Part shown: positions 13,564 through 26,904 of the stretch, piece after piece
Numbering within the stretch: the first letter of the stretch is position 1
Layout of the letters: the number at the start of each line of letters is the position of its first letter
Assembly (NCBI RefSeq): GCF_004010195.1
Contig: NC_057754.1
Coordinates: 8,987,728 to 9,051,727, forward strand
Origin: Chiloscyllium plagiosum
Taxonomy: Eukaryota
Direction of reading: 5' to 3'
Length of the DNA stretch: 64,000 bases
Notes under the pieces: generated by a model
Databases searched by the model: none
The model's input: only the letters and a program-made list of their open reading frames with translations
What the model was told of the DNA's origin: nothing
Program-made: the position numbers and the translations under genes

Positions 13564-13859
13564 ACAGAGAGACAAGAGGAAGAACTTCACACAGGTTTGA
13601 GAAGTCATGAACATGTAGCATTCAAGGCATGCCAATTAGTAATTTTAGTTACTCACTTCAAGGAAAAACTGATTGCAGGGCAATGGGGATATAGAGCAGG
13701 GGAATGGATTACTGAGACTGGATCCCCACACAAAGAGTCAGTTGCTGAAGAGGTCTTTTGGTTTTAGAATGTCTCAATGACTGGACGATAACATGTAGGG
13801 GCAGAAGTTGGCCAGTTGGCTCATAAAATCTGTTCCGCCTTTCAGTGCAATTATGGTTA

Positions 13860-14490
13860 TTCACAATCTCCTGGGGGAGAGCAGCCATTTTACTGTGAAC
13901 ATTAGACAAGACGCCATTCTTTGAACCAGACAAATAAATATGCCACTCTGAGAAAGTAAAGGATGACTATATCTTTAGGAGAGAGCTGGACCAACCTTTT
14001 TTGAGTCTGCACCCCTCCCTGGATGCACTTCCACTTCCTTCAATTCCAGCAAGTGAACAATCTAACCCCGAATTGCGAGTAAAAACAGGAAAGGCAAGAC
14101 ATTGGAATCGCTTGACTGATGAGGGAGTCAGAAGGACCTTTCAGCTCAGCCATTGGTACAAAGTAATCTCTCCAATTGGTTGGAGGATCAGAGTCCTCCC
14201 GGTCTTTCAGCTCCTTCTATTCATCAACTCTCCCGCAGGTAGACAATGGGAGTAGCGGAACCCAACACCACGTGATCTCGTGCCGTTGACCAATGGGAAA
14301 GGTCTATCACAGACCATGCGGAGCTCTATGTTCACATCTGTACATGCACCCACCTGAATCACTCGCTCCTGCAACTGCAGTACAGTCTCTAAACTCCTGG
14401 CCACTGAAAGGGACTGGAAAATACTGTTGTCAAAAGAAGAGGATTAGCAGCAGAAAAACAATGCTCAGACGTCTCTGCGCTCATCAGTTT
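13860..14490. promoter_or_regulatory. Probable promoter of ZNF-A
   Basis: YY1-like GCCATTTT near 13883, CCAAT boxes near 14172 and 14290, similarity to the 35030-35100 promoter module; no repeats, 1 kb upstream of the exon. Confidence 0.5.
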
Positions 14491-14732
14491 CAGACCACTT
14501 GAGTATCCTTGTTTATGATAATTCCAGTGATGGTGACTGTGCCAAGTCCGTAAATTCCCATTCACTCTTTAACACCTACCATTTTAACCAAGCTATTCAT
14601 CATCTGAACTTACAGCTCCTCCTGTGTCTCAGCTTTAAACTTTCATAAAACACTTTGCAATGTTTTATTTAATCAAAGACACTGTATAAATGACACATCA
14701 GGTACAGTAATTTGTACATTACTGTATAAATG

Positions 14733-14811
14733 AGGAGCGTCGCTCCGAAAGCTGGAGTGCTTCCAATTAAACCTGTTGGACTATAACATGGTGTTGTGTG
14801 ATTTTTAACTT
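14733..14811 (+). mobile_element. Penelope-like 3' terminal fragment (family C) with partial hammerhead
   Basis: GGAGCGTCGCTCC-GAAAGCT stem II and core, AATTAAA; flanked by direct repeat TGTATAAATG (14723-14732, 14812-14821). Confidence 0.65.
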
Positions 14812-16339
14812 TGTATAAATGTACACCAATGTTGCAGATTTGCACACTATTCTTTCCAGGGAATGCTGTGGCTCAAGGACAAACTGACCACTAATTCTTG
14901 TTTTACTCTTTTATTCACTCATGGGATGTGGACTTTGTCAGCTCGCAGCATTTATTACCCTTCCCTCGCTGTCTTTGCGAAGGTGATCTGCTGTCTTGAA
15001 TTGCTGTAGGTACACCCACAATGCCAGCAGGGACAGAATTTGAGAATTCTGACCCAGCGACACTGTACTTCCAAATGGGAGTGCTGAATAGGCTGGGGCT
15101 ATTTTCCCTGGAGTGTTGGAGGCTGAGGGGGTGACCTTAAGAAGTTTATAAAATCATGAGGGGCATAAGGTGAACAGCCAAGGTTTATTTCCCAGGGTAG
15201 GGGAGTACAAAACAATGGGGCATAGGTTTGGGGGTGGGTGGGGTTTTGTGAGGTGTGTGTGCTGCAGAAACCATCAGATGTGGAGACCATTGTATGACTA
15301 CAAGAGTAAGAAAGTCAGAATTAGAAGAAAGGTAGGCACACTTTTAAAGTAAAAGGCTGAGGTTGCTGGGGATCTGGAACGCACTTCCTAGGAGAGTAGT
15401 TCAGATGGAAAACCTCACAATCTTTAAGAAGTACTTGGATAACATTTGAAGTGTCATCATGTTCAAGGCTATGGGCCTGGGAAGGTAGATACTGGTGTAT
15501 TTTTGGAGGTCCACACTTAATTGCTCAAAGGACCCCTTCGGTACTGTTTGATTAGAGGCCACTTGTGCCAAGGAACCTGCTGCACCAGTGAAAAACATTA
15601 TGTCTGATCTAGTCGTGGCCTTAACTGCACTTTTTTACCAATTCCCCCATAATCTGTCGATCACAAATTGATCTTCTATATTCACTATTCTAGTCTCCAC
15701 TGCTTACCAGAGAAGAAAATTCCAAAGACTTATGACACTCAGAAGAATTCCCCCTCATCTCAGTCTTAGAGGACCATTACTTATAAACTGTGCCCCGTAA
15801 TTTTCAATGCTCCCATAAGAAGTAGCTTCCTCACAGCATGCACCCTGTCAAGACCAAATGAATGTTGGTGCAACTTGCTTAAAGTTTCACCATGAAACAA
15901 AGCCCATCATGCGAGTAATAGCCCAGTGAACCTTTTTATTAACTGATTTCAATTCAGGTATTTCCCTGCTTTTAAGTACTCCTGAGTGAAGCAGTAGGAG
16001 GAGACAGTATTGTCAGTTTTTGTCTAATTGTGTGGATTTTGGAAATTACTTGTACAGAAGGGGAGCATTTTGGCACAGCAAACTCAAACAGAATGTCTGT
16101 CTTACCTGAATTTTGACCTTTGACGCACAAATTTTATCAATGTCCTCAGGGAGTTAGAAGATAAGACTGAGATTTTTCTCGAAGTCCAATGCTTCTGATA
16201 ATTTTCCAGCCACAGACCTCAGAAAGGGATTTGGAATTTGAAACAGCGGAATTGTTTTGAGGTGAGGATATTTGAACATTAATCTCCAATTTAGTGCTAT
16301 GTACTGATTACTTGAGTCTGGGGCTGGTGAGCTTTTTCT

Positions 16340-16695
16340 AATTTGTGCATGGGATGTGGGTGCTGCTGGTTAGGCCAGCATTTATTTGCCTGTTTCTAAT
16401 TGCCTAGAGGGCAGTTAAGAATCAACCACAATGCTGTGTCTGGAGTTACATGTGAGCCAGGGCAAGTAAGGGAGGCAGATTTCCTTCCCTAAAGTACATT
16501 GGTAAACCAGATGGGTCTTTCCAACAATCAATAATGGATTCATGATCACCATTAGATGTTTAATTCCAGATTTTTTGTTTTTATCGAATTCAAATTTCAC
16601 ATCTGCTATGGTGGGATTCGAACCTGGTCCCAGAACGTTATCTCGGCTGCTGGATTGACAGTCCTGTGATAATACCACAAGGCCACACCTCTCCA
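16340..16695 (-). mobile_element. Second tRNA-derived SINE family
   Basis: tRNA-like head (B-box GGTTCGAATCCC on the minus strand), conserved core TTTAGGGAAGGAAATCTGCC, LINE-like tail; paralogues at 17350-17620 and 26205-26595. Confidence 0.7.
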
Positions 16696-17624
16696 CTGTG
16701 CTGTAATTTTCTGCCATCTTTTTCCATTTCGATAATATTCAGTTCCTCTGTTCTTCCTGCAAAAATGCATCACCTACCATTTTCCCACATTATATTCCAT
16801 CTCCCCAGTTTTTGCCCACTTGTTTAACATGTTTACATCCCTCCACCTATTCTTTGTGTCATCCTCAGCACTTGCTACCTCCCCAATTTTTTGTCATCTG
16901 CAAACTTGACTATGACGTATTCTCATTCCTCAGTCAGGTTATTGGAGAGATTGCAGAAGGGGTTAATGATATTTGTTCCAGCTGTGAGAAGGTCAGACTG
17001 TTTTTCTTCATTGGGAAAAGGCTGAGGAGATTTGAGAGAAATTTTAAGAATCCGGAAGACAGCATGGATAGGGAGAAATTATTCCCACTTGTAAATGGAT
17101 TGAGAACCAGAAGCATTAAAGAGTTCCGCAAAAGAAGGAAATGCAAATTCACACTGCAGCTGTTTGGGGTAAGGAATGCACTGACTAAAAGTGCTAGAGG
17201 TAGGTTCAATTTAGATATTCGAGAGGAAAATTGTTGTTCCAGTTTAAATTAATCCATGTGCAGGGTTACCGGGAAAAGGCAGGAGATTAGCACTAAGTTA
17301 AAATGCTCAGACAGCTAGTGCAGAACACAATGGGTCAAGTGGCCACTTTCTGTGATTCAACCGTATTGCAGTTGGTCTGGGTCACATGTGGGTCAGATCA
17401 AGTAAAGGACAGCAGATTCCCCAAAGGACATTACAGAATCAGGGTTTTACAATAATCGATAATAGTTATTATAGTCACCATTACTGGGATGAGCTCTAAT
17501 TTCCATCTTTATTAATTCAATTTAAATTCAATCTCCAACCAGTGGTGGAGTTTGAACTCATCTGCTCAGACCACCTTTAAATTGCTGGTTGATGTGTGAT
17601 AGTACCATGCAGTCTAATCTCCTC

Positions 17625-17830
17625 GGATGGATTTGTTCTTTGTCCCATATGTTCAGTCACCAGCGATTTCACAATTAACTGCAGTGTTTGAGTTTTGCTG
17701 TTATCACTTCTAGGACTGAACCATGTCATTGGGATCTGTCTCTATTGATATTAATAAACTCCAGCTCAGTTATATGTTAATATTTCTGGATAAAACCAAA
17801 TCAAGCAGCTTTGTGTTAAAGACACTGAGG
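17625..17830 (+). pseudogene. Relic of last finger and 3' UTR of a ZNF paralogue
   Basis: CACCAGCGATTTCACAATTAA...TCACTTCTAGGACTGAACCATG matches the ZNF-A stop and 3' UTR CACCAGCGAGTTCACGAATGA...TCACATCTAGGATTGAACCATG. Confidence 0.6.
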
Positions 17831-18348
17831 TTTTCTGAACATCACTGACATAAGTTAGTTCCTTTTTGAAGTGTTCTCTTTTCCTGTCTCCTCCATTTCC
17901 CAACAAGGAATGTAGTGAGCTCAAACATGTATTTATTACTAAAATTGAGAAAATCTGATCAGCTGCCTCTGCTGCTTCAATTGTTTTCACTAGCCCACTT
18001 GGCCAAAACTGTCTCATTATCTGAGCCCTTAGTCAGTTTCCTTTAATTTCTCTCCCATTTCCCCTCATGTCCTCTCAATACTTCTCTTGTCCATAATACC
18101 CACCTCCTGCTCCACCATAATCTTCTTACTAAACCACAATGACGCAGCATCACCGCATTTGCTGACATTTTCTCTCTCATCAGGTATTGTTCTTTGCTCC
18201 ATCATATTTGCCATCATCATCCAACAATAAAACCCACTGTCTTTGCAAGCTCACGCCCCAGCTCTACCTTTCAACCTCTTTTCTCCAAAGTCCTTATCAC
18301 CTCCCAAATACATGCTTGTCTTTCCAGGAGCTGTGTTATTCCGTCCAT

Positions 18349-18768
18349 ATAGGCTGGAGCTATTCTCCTTGGAATGTTGGAGGCTGAGGGGTGACCTTAT
18401 AGATGTTTATAAAATCATGAGGGGCATGGGTAGGGTGAATAGTCAAGCTCTTTTCTCTAGGGTAGGGGAGTCCAAAACTAGAGGTCATAGGTTTAAGGTG
18501 AGATGGGAAAGATTTAAAAGGGACCTAAGGGGCAACACTTTCACGCAGAGGCTGGTGAGTATATGGAATGAACTGCCAGAGGATGTGGTGACTAGTACAA
18601 TTGCAACATTTAAAAGGTATCTGGGTGGGTATATGAATAGGAAGTGTTTAGAAGCACATGGGCCAAATGCGGGCAAACGGGACTCGATTTATTTAGGATA
18701 TCTGGTTGGTATGGATGTGTTGGACTGAAAGGTCTGCTTCCGTGCTGTATTTCTTTGTGATTCTATAA
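18349..18768 (+). mobile_element. CR1 3' end
   Basis: RLELFSLECWRLRGDLIDVYKIMRG...WNELP. Confidence 0.88.
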
Positions 18769-19619
18769 GGTTACTTTCTCTCCATAGTTGCAGAGTTAGA
18801 AATTACATCCCATATGAATACGAGAAAGATTAACTGTTATTGTATATCCCTTCCGTCTGCAGTCACAAACAGCATTGGCCGAAACATTCTTCTCCCTTGC
18901 CTCCCCACTGTTACCCAGTTGTGCTTTCCTGGTTTGTTTTAAATATATCAATGTAGTGGCAGAGTAGGCCGTTCAGCCCATTAAACATTCTTACTCAGTA
19001 AGAGATCAGGTCTCACTGAATATCAATGTTCCATGATCACTCACAGTGTGACCGTGTCTTGCAGACCAGGTTAATTTAGTGACAGCAGGCCTTCTGGAGA
19101 TTGAGAGGAGAGTGTAGAGATTACTGTTCAAAACCTAAACTCGTAGTGGTAAAGACACCAGACAATGCCCAGTAAAATACTAAGTACGGCAGCCATTTAT
19201 TGGTCTTTCCAGGCCTCTTGAAGCAAATCCATTGTGATCAGAGGTTGGTGGAGGGAATTGTCTCTTTGGAATGTGGACAGGGGAGGGGCGGAGGTGTTTC
19301 CTCGTGGTATCATGCAGCAGGTTGCTGTAGGACGCGATAGTTAGCGAATGAACCTTGATCTTTCTTGCACTGTAATCCTTATGTCAGCAAAATCTCACCC
19401 CTTAATATTCAGGAGATTATAAACTGTGATAAGAACAGAAAGCGCTGAGGAACTCTGCAGATCCTGCAACATTTTTGGACAGTTTAGATTCCGAAAGATC
19501 TATTATTCAGAACTTGACGGAGGTGGTAAAATTTGTGCTGTTGAAAATATGGGAAGGGGCAAGTGGGGAAAAAAAAATGGGAGAATGGAGATTAAAGGGG
19601 TCACTGATCAAAAAGCAAA

Positions 19620-19998
19620 GGAGTGTGTTCTGGTCACCCAGTTATAGCAACGATATTGTTAAGCTGAGGAGGGTTCAGAAAAGATTTACCAGGATCTTGC
19701 TGGGTATGGAAGGTTTGAGTTATAAAGAAATGCTGGGACTTTTTTCACTGAGGCATTAGAGGTTGAGAGGTGATCTTTATAGAAGTTTATAAAATAATGA
19801 GGGGTATAGGTAGAGTTCATGAAAGTTGTCTTTCCCCTAGGATGGGGGATTTCAAGACTAGGGGTCACATTTCTAAGGTGAGAGGAGTAACATTTAAAAA
19901 AGACACAAGGGGCAATTTTTTTTAAACAAGATGGTTCATATGTGGAATGAATTTCCTGAGAAAGTGGTGGATGTGGGTACAATTGCAATGTTTAAAAG
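19620..19998 (+). mobile_element. CR1 3' fragment
   Basis: FWSPSY...VQKRFTRIL...LGLFSL. Confidence 0.8.
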
Positions 19999-20079
19999 AG
20001 TGGTTGTAGAGAAGTTACAAAGCATAGATCCAGAGTAGGTTTTAACAGACTGCAGAAAGCAGAATATCGGTCAGCTATG

Positions 20080-20410
20080 ACTGAAATCAAAAGCCTGCAA
20101 AGATATAAACACTGGAGGGAAATATATCAAAATGAAGGATAGAGTTCATGGTCTGACATTTGTTGAGCTCAATATTGACTCAAAAAGAGACTCCATGCGG
20201 AAAATGAAGTGCTGTTCCTGCAGCTTGAGTTGGGCTTTGCTGGTGAACTGCTGCAGGCCCAGGTCAGGAATGAGTGAGAGAGCAGGATGGCAGTTTGAAA
20301 TGGCAAGTGACTGGATTGCATGCAGATTGAGCAAAGGTGTTCCTCAAAATGATCACCATTTAGTTACCAATGTTGGTTTGGCCACAGTGAGAGTATTGTG
20401 TGCTGTTCTG
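20080..20410 (-). mobile_element. Old Penelope-like GIY-YIG C-terminal fragment
   Basis: LKLQEQHFIFRM resembles the RxLEEQHLIFRLG motif of the younger copies at 56482 and 60659. Confidence 0.5.
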
Positions 20411-20652
20411 GAATCTGCATGATAGAAGGGATGTGTTAGCACTGGAGAGAGTGCACAATAGATTCACCAGGATATTGCAAGTTCTAGTTATGAAGCAAGA
20501 TTAGACAGACTGCAGTTGTTTTCCTTACAGCAAAGGAGATTGAGAGGGACATTATTGAGATGTGTAAAATGAAGGATATCAATAAGTTAGATAGGAATAA
20601 ATGTTTCCTCTTGATGGAGTAATCAGTGGCCAGAGCAGAGCTTTAAGGTAAA

Positions 20653-20968
20653 GATTAGATTACTTACAGTGTGGAAACAGGCCCTTCGGCCCAACAAGTC
20701 CACACCGACCCGCCAAAGCGCAACCCATCCAGACCCATTCCCCTACATTTACCCCTTCACCTAACACTACAGGCAATTTAGCATGGCCAATTTACCTGAC
20801 CTGCACATTTTTGGACTGCGGGAGGAAACCGGAGCACCCGGAGGAAACCCACGCAGACACGGGGAGAATGTGCAAACTCCACACAGACAGTCGCCTGAGG
20901 CGGGAATTGAACCCAGGTCTCTAGCACTGGGAGGTAGCAGTGCTAACCACTGTACCACCGTGCTGCCC
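20653..20968 (-). mobile_element. HE1-type SINE (full length)
   Basis: Near-identical to 45442-45760. Confidence 0.92.
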
Positions 20969-21189
20969 AGAACAGAGACATGAAGAACAAACTTTTCACC
21001 TTGATGGTGGTGGGAATCTGGAACAGGAAGGGTGGTAGAGGCGGAAACTCTCAAAACATTTAAGTATTTAGATTTGCCAAGGTATACAAAGCTATGGATC
21101 AAGTGTTGGAGAATTGGATCAGAATAGCTAGGTGGTTATTTTTGACTGGTGCAGTCATGATGGGCTAAAGGGTTTTTTTGTTCTATAGA

Positions 21190-22030
21190 TCTGAGTATGC
21201 ATTTGGTCTCCTCAGTGTGGAGGACATGACACTAAGCAGCAAAAGCACTGGACTAGGTTGAAAGAAGGACTAGTAAATTGCTGATTCACCTGGAGGTGAT
21301 GTTTGGGGCCATAGACTACTTGGAGGAAGGATTTAAATGGGCCAGGGTGACACTTGCTGCAATTACATGGTAAGATGCTGTGGGAGGGGAATGAGGAGCT
21401 GGAAGTAATAGAGGTATGGACCAGAGAGAACAGCTGCTTAGAATTCTGACAGAAGGGAAGGGCATGTGTGTTTGGTAGTGGCCTGATGCTGGATATGGTG
21501 AAAATGGCAGAGGATAATGCTAGATTGCGGATAGTGAAGATAAGAGGAATCCTATGGTGGTCCAGGAGAGAGGGAAAGGGATGAGGGCAGATGTGCTGGA
21601 AGTAGGTTGGATGCAGTTCACAGCCCTTTCTACCAGAGTGAGTGTGAGGGGGTGGGGAAAGGAGTTCTTGGTTGAGAAAGGAAGGACATGTCAGAAGCCT
21701 GTTGTGCAAGGTACCATCTCTGAAACAGTCATCAGAAGAACTGAGGGAATGGAATACAGTCCTTACAGTTGAGCTGGATTTGGTAGGGTTGGGTTTGTCA
21801 TGAGTATTAGTAGCTGGCCTACCCCTGGAAATGAAGTCGAGAAGCGTTAGAAATGAACCAAGTGAAGGTGAGAGAATGGTGAAAAATGGAAGCAAAATTT
21901 ATGAAACTTTGTAAATCCAGATGAAAGCAAGTTGCAGCATAACCAGACAAGGAATAGCAGGAGTGGTGTTTGAGATAGGACTGGAAAAATAAGCGCTGCA
22001 CAAACCCCACAAAAATACAGACACAATTGG
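21190..22030 (-). mobile_element. Old Penelope-like RT/linker fragment
   Basis: LLDFIS...THDKP, RIPLIFT, FNLVQCFCC motifs, degenerate. Confidence 0.55.
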
Positions 22031-22302
22031 AGAAAATGACTAATTCATTAACTTCAGTTCTAAATCTGCGCATGGGCTTGAAAACAGAATCCAGCTGGAG
22101 AAGAGAGAGGGAGGAAACTAAAAGTGGAGCAAAAAAAATGGTACAGTTGATTTGGATTTATGCTAGGGAAGGAGATCGTGCACAATAGGGTTTGTTATTT
22201 TAAAAGGAATATAAGAGGAGAAAACATTCCATCAAACTGGAATTGCCTGTTCTGAATTCCTGTCCTGTACTTGCAGTGATGACTTTTGTAAACTCATTAC
22301 AG

Positions 22303-22705
22303 TGTATTAGAATGGCAGGCTTTGCAGATTCGAAACTCAAACCAAATATCACTTGACCAAAATGTCATCCAATTTGTGGAGAAATCTTTGTCATCTGTGA
22401 AAAGATTTCAAACATCAATGTGACTGGAAAATAACTGAGACACATAAGTGAGGGAGAGTGTGCCATTGCACTGACTGTGCAAAAGAGTTTAACTAATTCC
22501 ACAGCCTGAAAGAAAATGCACCATATGTATTGGGAATGAAGTGTGTACATGGTCTATGTTTGCACATCACTTCAATAGATCATCCAACCTGAAGAGACAC
22601 TGAACACACCAAAGAGAAACAGTGTGGTACTATGAGAAGTATAGACCGTCTGAGCTGCAAACGGACTACATGGTCACACTGGGGAAAGACTCTTCTCCTG
22701 CTCCC
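22303..22705 (+). pseudogene. Decayed ZNF exon paralogue
   Basis: Acceptor TTGTAAACTCATTACAG, then GATTTCAAACATCAATGTGACTGGAAAA, TGCACTGACTGTG, TCATCCAACCTGAAGAGACAC and CACACTGGGGAAAGAC, colinear with 37739-38190; many stops and indels. Confidence 0.75.
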
Positions 22706-22719
22706 CCCTGTCATCAGGT

Positions 22720-23560
22720 CTTCTCACTCTCCTTCAAATAATGCAGCAGCATCCCCTCCTCAAACAAAAAAAATCACCACACTATCCTTGCCTCATCTCC
22801 TAAGTCCCTTTCCTCTCCAAGATCCTTGAACATTTTGGAATCTCCCAAATCCATTCCTGTCTATCCCACCAATCAGGGCCGATGTAGTCCTGAAACAGTT
22901 AAAATTAAAGCCACAAATGATATCCAATGTGGCCGTAACCAAATCAAACAAGCACATCCTATTCTTTAACAAGGTTGACCACACCATTCTGTCCAGTCCC
23001 CCTCTAAACTCTTATAAATCAAAGAAGATAATGGACTTGAACAAGACAAGAAAAATCAAACCAGTTGCGTGAGTTTGCTCTATCCAGGCTGTACTTTTCT
23101 TTCTCCAGATTCTTACTGGAAATGTCTTGTCTCCCCACCCATACAATTCCCTGCGGTATCCCCAAATGTATCTAGTTTTGGCCTCCTCCCCTTTCTCATT
23201 GACATATCCCCATAATTACATCATTTGAACAATATGCTTGTCATGTGTACTCTGACAGCTCCCATCGCTACCTCACCATCACTTTTTCCACTTTTGTGAA
23301 ATTATCAGAATTATTCTTCTGATAACCAGCAGTGTAAGTAGAGAGATTTCTTCCAGCTAAATACTGAGAAGACTGGAGCCATTGTTTTAATTCCCTCATG
23401 AACAACTTCATTCTGGATGTTGGTTTGCTTTCTGAGCTGCAAGGTTCATTTTCAGACGTTTTGTCACCACACTAGGTAACATCTTCAGTGAGCCCCTCTC
23501 CCTGCCAACTGTCTGAAACTGAACCAGACCTTTTGGAAGTTGATGTCATATCTGACCCAG
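22720..23560 (+). mobile_element. L2-clade LINE RT remnant
   Basis: Degenerate VDHTIL, GIP and FQLNTEKT motifs. Confidence 0.55.
23412..23494 (-). mobile_element. Penelope-like family B 3' fragment with hammerhead motif
   Basis: Minus strand CTCA-CTGAAGA-T-GTTACC-TAGTGT-GGTGAC-AAAAC-GTC-TGA (core 23455-23488, G12 mutated). Confidence 0.65.
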
Positions 23561-23860
23561 AGGAGTGTGTGTCCCAATGATTTTCTAGTCACAAGGATGA
23601 TTCACATGTGGAACAAGGAAACATTTTCCTCTTCATAATTTGAACTCAGTCACATATAAGCGAAGTAATTCTAAGATCGTGGGGTTTTTGCTTTGTGTTG
23701 CCCAGCTGCTAATATTTGCCTTGTAAAAACTTGTAAAAAAAAATTTACAAAAATCATCTGTACAAGTAAATGATTGTAATTTAGAATAAAAGATTCTAGT
23801 TTCTATTGAACGTTTGTTGTTTTCGTTCCCCTAATCTATAAATCCCTCTCCCATACATTC
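23560..23860 (-). pseudogene. Decayed ZNF intron end and exon start paralogue
   Basis: Minus strand GATGATTTTTGTAAAT...TTACAAG...GAAAATGTTT...TGTGACTAGAAAATCATTGGGACACACAC, homologous to the other ZNF exon starts. Confidence 0.55.
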
Positions 23861-24345
23861 CTCCCCTCTTTGCACCTTCCTGCAGGCTCAGTATCACTCT
23901 TCTGATTTAATCTTCTTTCTAGATTCTCTCACCTCATGCCTTTAAACTAGTGACTCAGGTAGTGGCTGAATCCTCTTACTCATTCTTTCAAATAATGCAG
24001 CTCACAACAACAAATTATTTTTAATAACTTTATTAGTCATTTTGAATATTTGGAAAGAATCAGTTTTTCCCAATAGTGAGGAACAGAAAGTTCAAAAATT
24101 AATTCCTCCTCTCCAGGTCTGTTCTAATAAGCTGTGTTTATCTGAGTTACATTTATACAGACTCACTCACTAGACTACCAGATCTCAGTGAATTACAACA
24201 CAAGTTGTGCCTGAGTTACATGTACACAGACTCACTCAAACAATAACTGCAACAAGTTATACTTAAAACAAGCGTTTAATGTAACAAATTGGTCACAAGG
24301 GGTTTCACAGGAGCATTAGGACCCAATCTTGGCCAAAAAGATTGT

Positions 24346-24664
24346 TTAGATTAGATTAGATTCCCTACAGTGTGGAAACAGGCCCTTCAGCCCAACAAGC
24401 CCACACCGACTCTCCGAAGAGTAACCCACCCAGATCCATTTCCCTCTGATTAATGCGCCTAATACTGTGGACAATTTAGCATGGCCATTCACCTGACCTG
24501 CACATCTTTGGACTGTGGGAGAAAACTGGAGCACCCGGAGGAAATCCACGCAGACACAGGGAGACTGTGCAAACTCCACACTGACAGTCACCCAAGGCTG
24601 GAATTAAACCCGGGTTCCTGGCGCTGTGAGGCAGCAGTGCTAGCCACTGAGCTACCGTGCCGCC
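24346..24664 (-). mobile_element. HE1-type SINE
   Basis: Full head, V-domain and tail. Confidence 0.9.
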
Positions 24665-26904
24665 TGAAAGGAACAGTTTATAAGGAACAATTTCAAGCAG
24701 GAGAGTGGAATAGAGGTGGAGAGGTTTAAGGAAGGAATCCCAGAGCTTAGTGTCATGGCAGCTGAAGGCACAGCCAAATGGTAGAGAGATTAAAGTCAGG
24801 GTTGACACTCCAGTGTGCAATTCTCATGTACATGTTTCTGACAGCCCATGCTTAAGACCCAAATCTGAACTTTGAGACATAGTTTGACCTTTCAGGGTCT
24901 CGAGAAAATCAAGTCCCCTGAGAACACGTACTCTAAAAAGTTAGGTCTAGTTGAGACCTCCTGTGTACTGAATAAGGATAGACTTAAAGTGACTTAAAAT
25001 CATCTGGATTTCAGTGTTATAACAAGAAAATGATTTAGCAGAGATTAAAACAAAAAGTCAGGAATACTGAAAGTCTGAACAAAAAAAAGGGGGGGGGGCA
25101 ATACACAGCAGGTCACTCATCATTTAAAGGGTTATTAATAATCACTGTTTTGGGAGACTTCTTTGGGATGATCACTTTCCATTACCATCTCCCTTTCAAT
25201 ACGCTGAATATTCTTTTGACCTTTCTTCCACATACGCATATCTATCCAATTTCTCCCAGCCTGGATCAGCAAGTAGCAATGTCTGATTTTAGATGGGGAA
25301 GGAGTGGACTTCACTACAGAACTCGATTGTGAATTAGCTTTTTTGAGATAGAGTTAAGACAAGACAATCGAGCTTCAAGCAAGTTTCAGTACTAAGTAAG
25401 GCTGCGAACTCCAGTTTGGTGTGAGTTAACAACATGGATAGAGCACACAAAAGGATTTTCTTACAACTTTTCTAGCATGGTCTTTGTTCTTCAAGCTTTC
25501 TCTGTCTCTCTCTGGGTCTTTAATTTCTGATTCATCTTAAACACATGACTTTTTCTCAGGAGGATTTATGTGTCTGATTACCTGCCTCTTATCTGATTGA
25601 CCCCAGCCTTGTGCAGATGCAGTTTGTGATCAATGTTGACACTACTTCATCAATTTTTTTTAAATTCACCTGTGGGATGTGGGTGCTGCTGGCTGGCCAG
25701 CATTTATTGCCCATCCTAGTTGCCCTTTAGAAGGTGATAGTGAGCTGCCTTCTCAAACTGCTGCAGACCATGTGCTGTTGAGAAGGACGTTCCAGGAATT
25801 GACCCATTAACATAAAGGGGAAATACACATAGCAGGTCACCCATCCGTTCTGCATGTTCATCATTATTCTGTGATCCTCTTATTGCAAGGTTGCATGTTG
25901 TCATTTATTTCATTGACATCTCTGTTTTAGCTTACACAGCAGCTTTTACTTTGAAGCTGTAGTACATTTTATTTGAAACTTGACCAGCTTCCAGGATCCC
26001 TTGCTATCTTTCCCACACTGTCCTATTTGCAAAGCTTACTTGCTTTATTATAGTCAGGTGAATTTCTAATGTATTAGATGCTAATATCTCAATTATCTTG
26101 AAAATGATCTTGAAAATAGCCCAAAGTACTTGGGACCTTGGCACCAATGGAAGAAGTGGTGAAAGTGCGGATACTTATAGCATCAGAGTTACTTCTAAAT
26201 TATTCTTTCATGCATTGTGGGTTTTATTGGAAGAGCCAGTATCTGTTGGTTATGCCATAAATGCTTCTGAGTTGACTGGTTTGTGAGGTCATTTTAGAAT
26301 GGCTCTGGGGTCATGTGTAGTCCAGACCAGGTGAGGATGGCAGATTTTTTTTCCTCTGAAAGACATCAATGAACCTGATGGTTTCTATGACAACGGCAGT
26401 GAACCTGATTTGTTGTAAAAGCAATCAATGACAGTTCTTATAGTTAACATCACTGGAATTAGCTTTCAAATACAATTCATAAATCAGAGATTAATTTCCA
26501 GCAGCTAGAACTGGTGAAATTTGAATTCTGGTCTCCAGCCCTTTATACTGGGTCTGACTAATACTAGTCCAGTGACATTACTGCTGCACCACCGTGGTTT
26601 GTCTGTCTTTTGTGCCTGTTTAACTTGTGTATCATATCCAAACTGCTGCTCATTAATGAAATGGCTTGGAATCACTTACGACTTCTACCCTGGATTTTTG
26701 GTATTTGTGAATTCTGGACTAAATTTCAATTTCCACTAATTTCCCAGACTCTGAACATAATTGTGAAGCAGCTTGTGTTCTAGAGCTCAACTGTGGAACA
26801 GAGCAGATTAAAAACATTTTTTATGCATTTCAAGTGTTAACCCACACATTCATTTCTGGATATAATTGACAGCAGTGACAAGCAGCACAATCCAAACTCA
26901 CCAG

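Noticed and set aside
12931..14490. KRAB, SCAN or BTB coding exon upstream of the finger exons
   Set aside because: No such motif recognisable in any listed ORF near the three genes; a short divergent exon cannot be excluded.
24141..24240. Direct repeat CTGAGTTACAT.TA.ACAGACTCACTCA, two copies
   Set aside because: Only two units; likely a local duplication in an unclassified repeat.
24840..25020. GAGACC/GGTCTC-rich segment suggestive of a DNA-transposon MITE
   Set aside because: No convincing TIR pair or TSD found.
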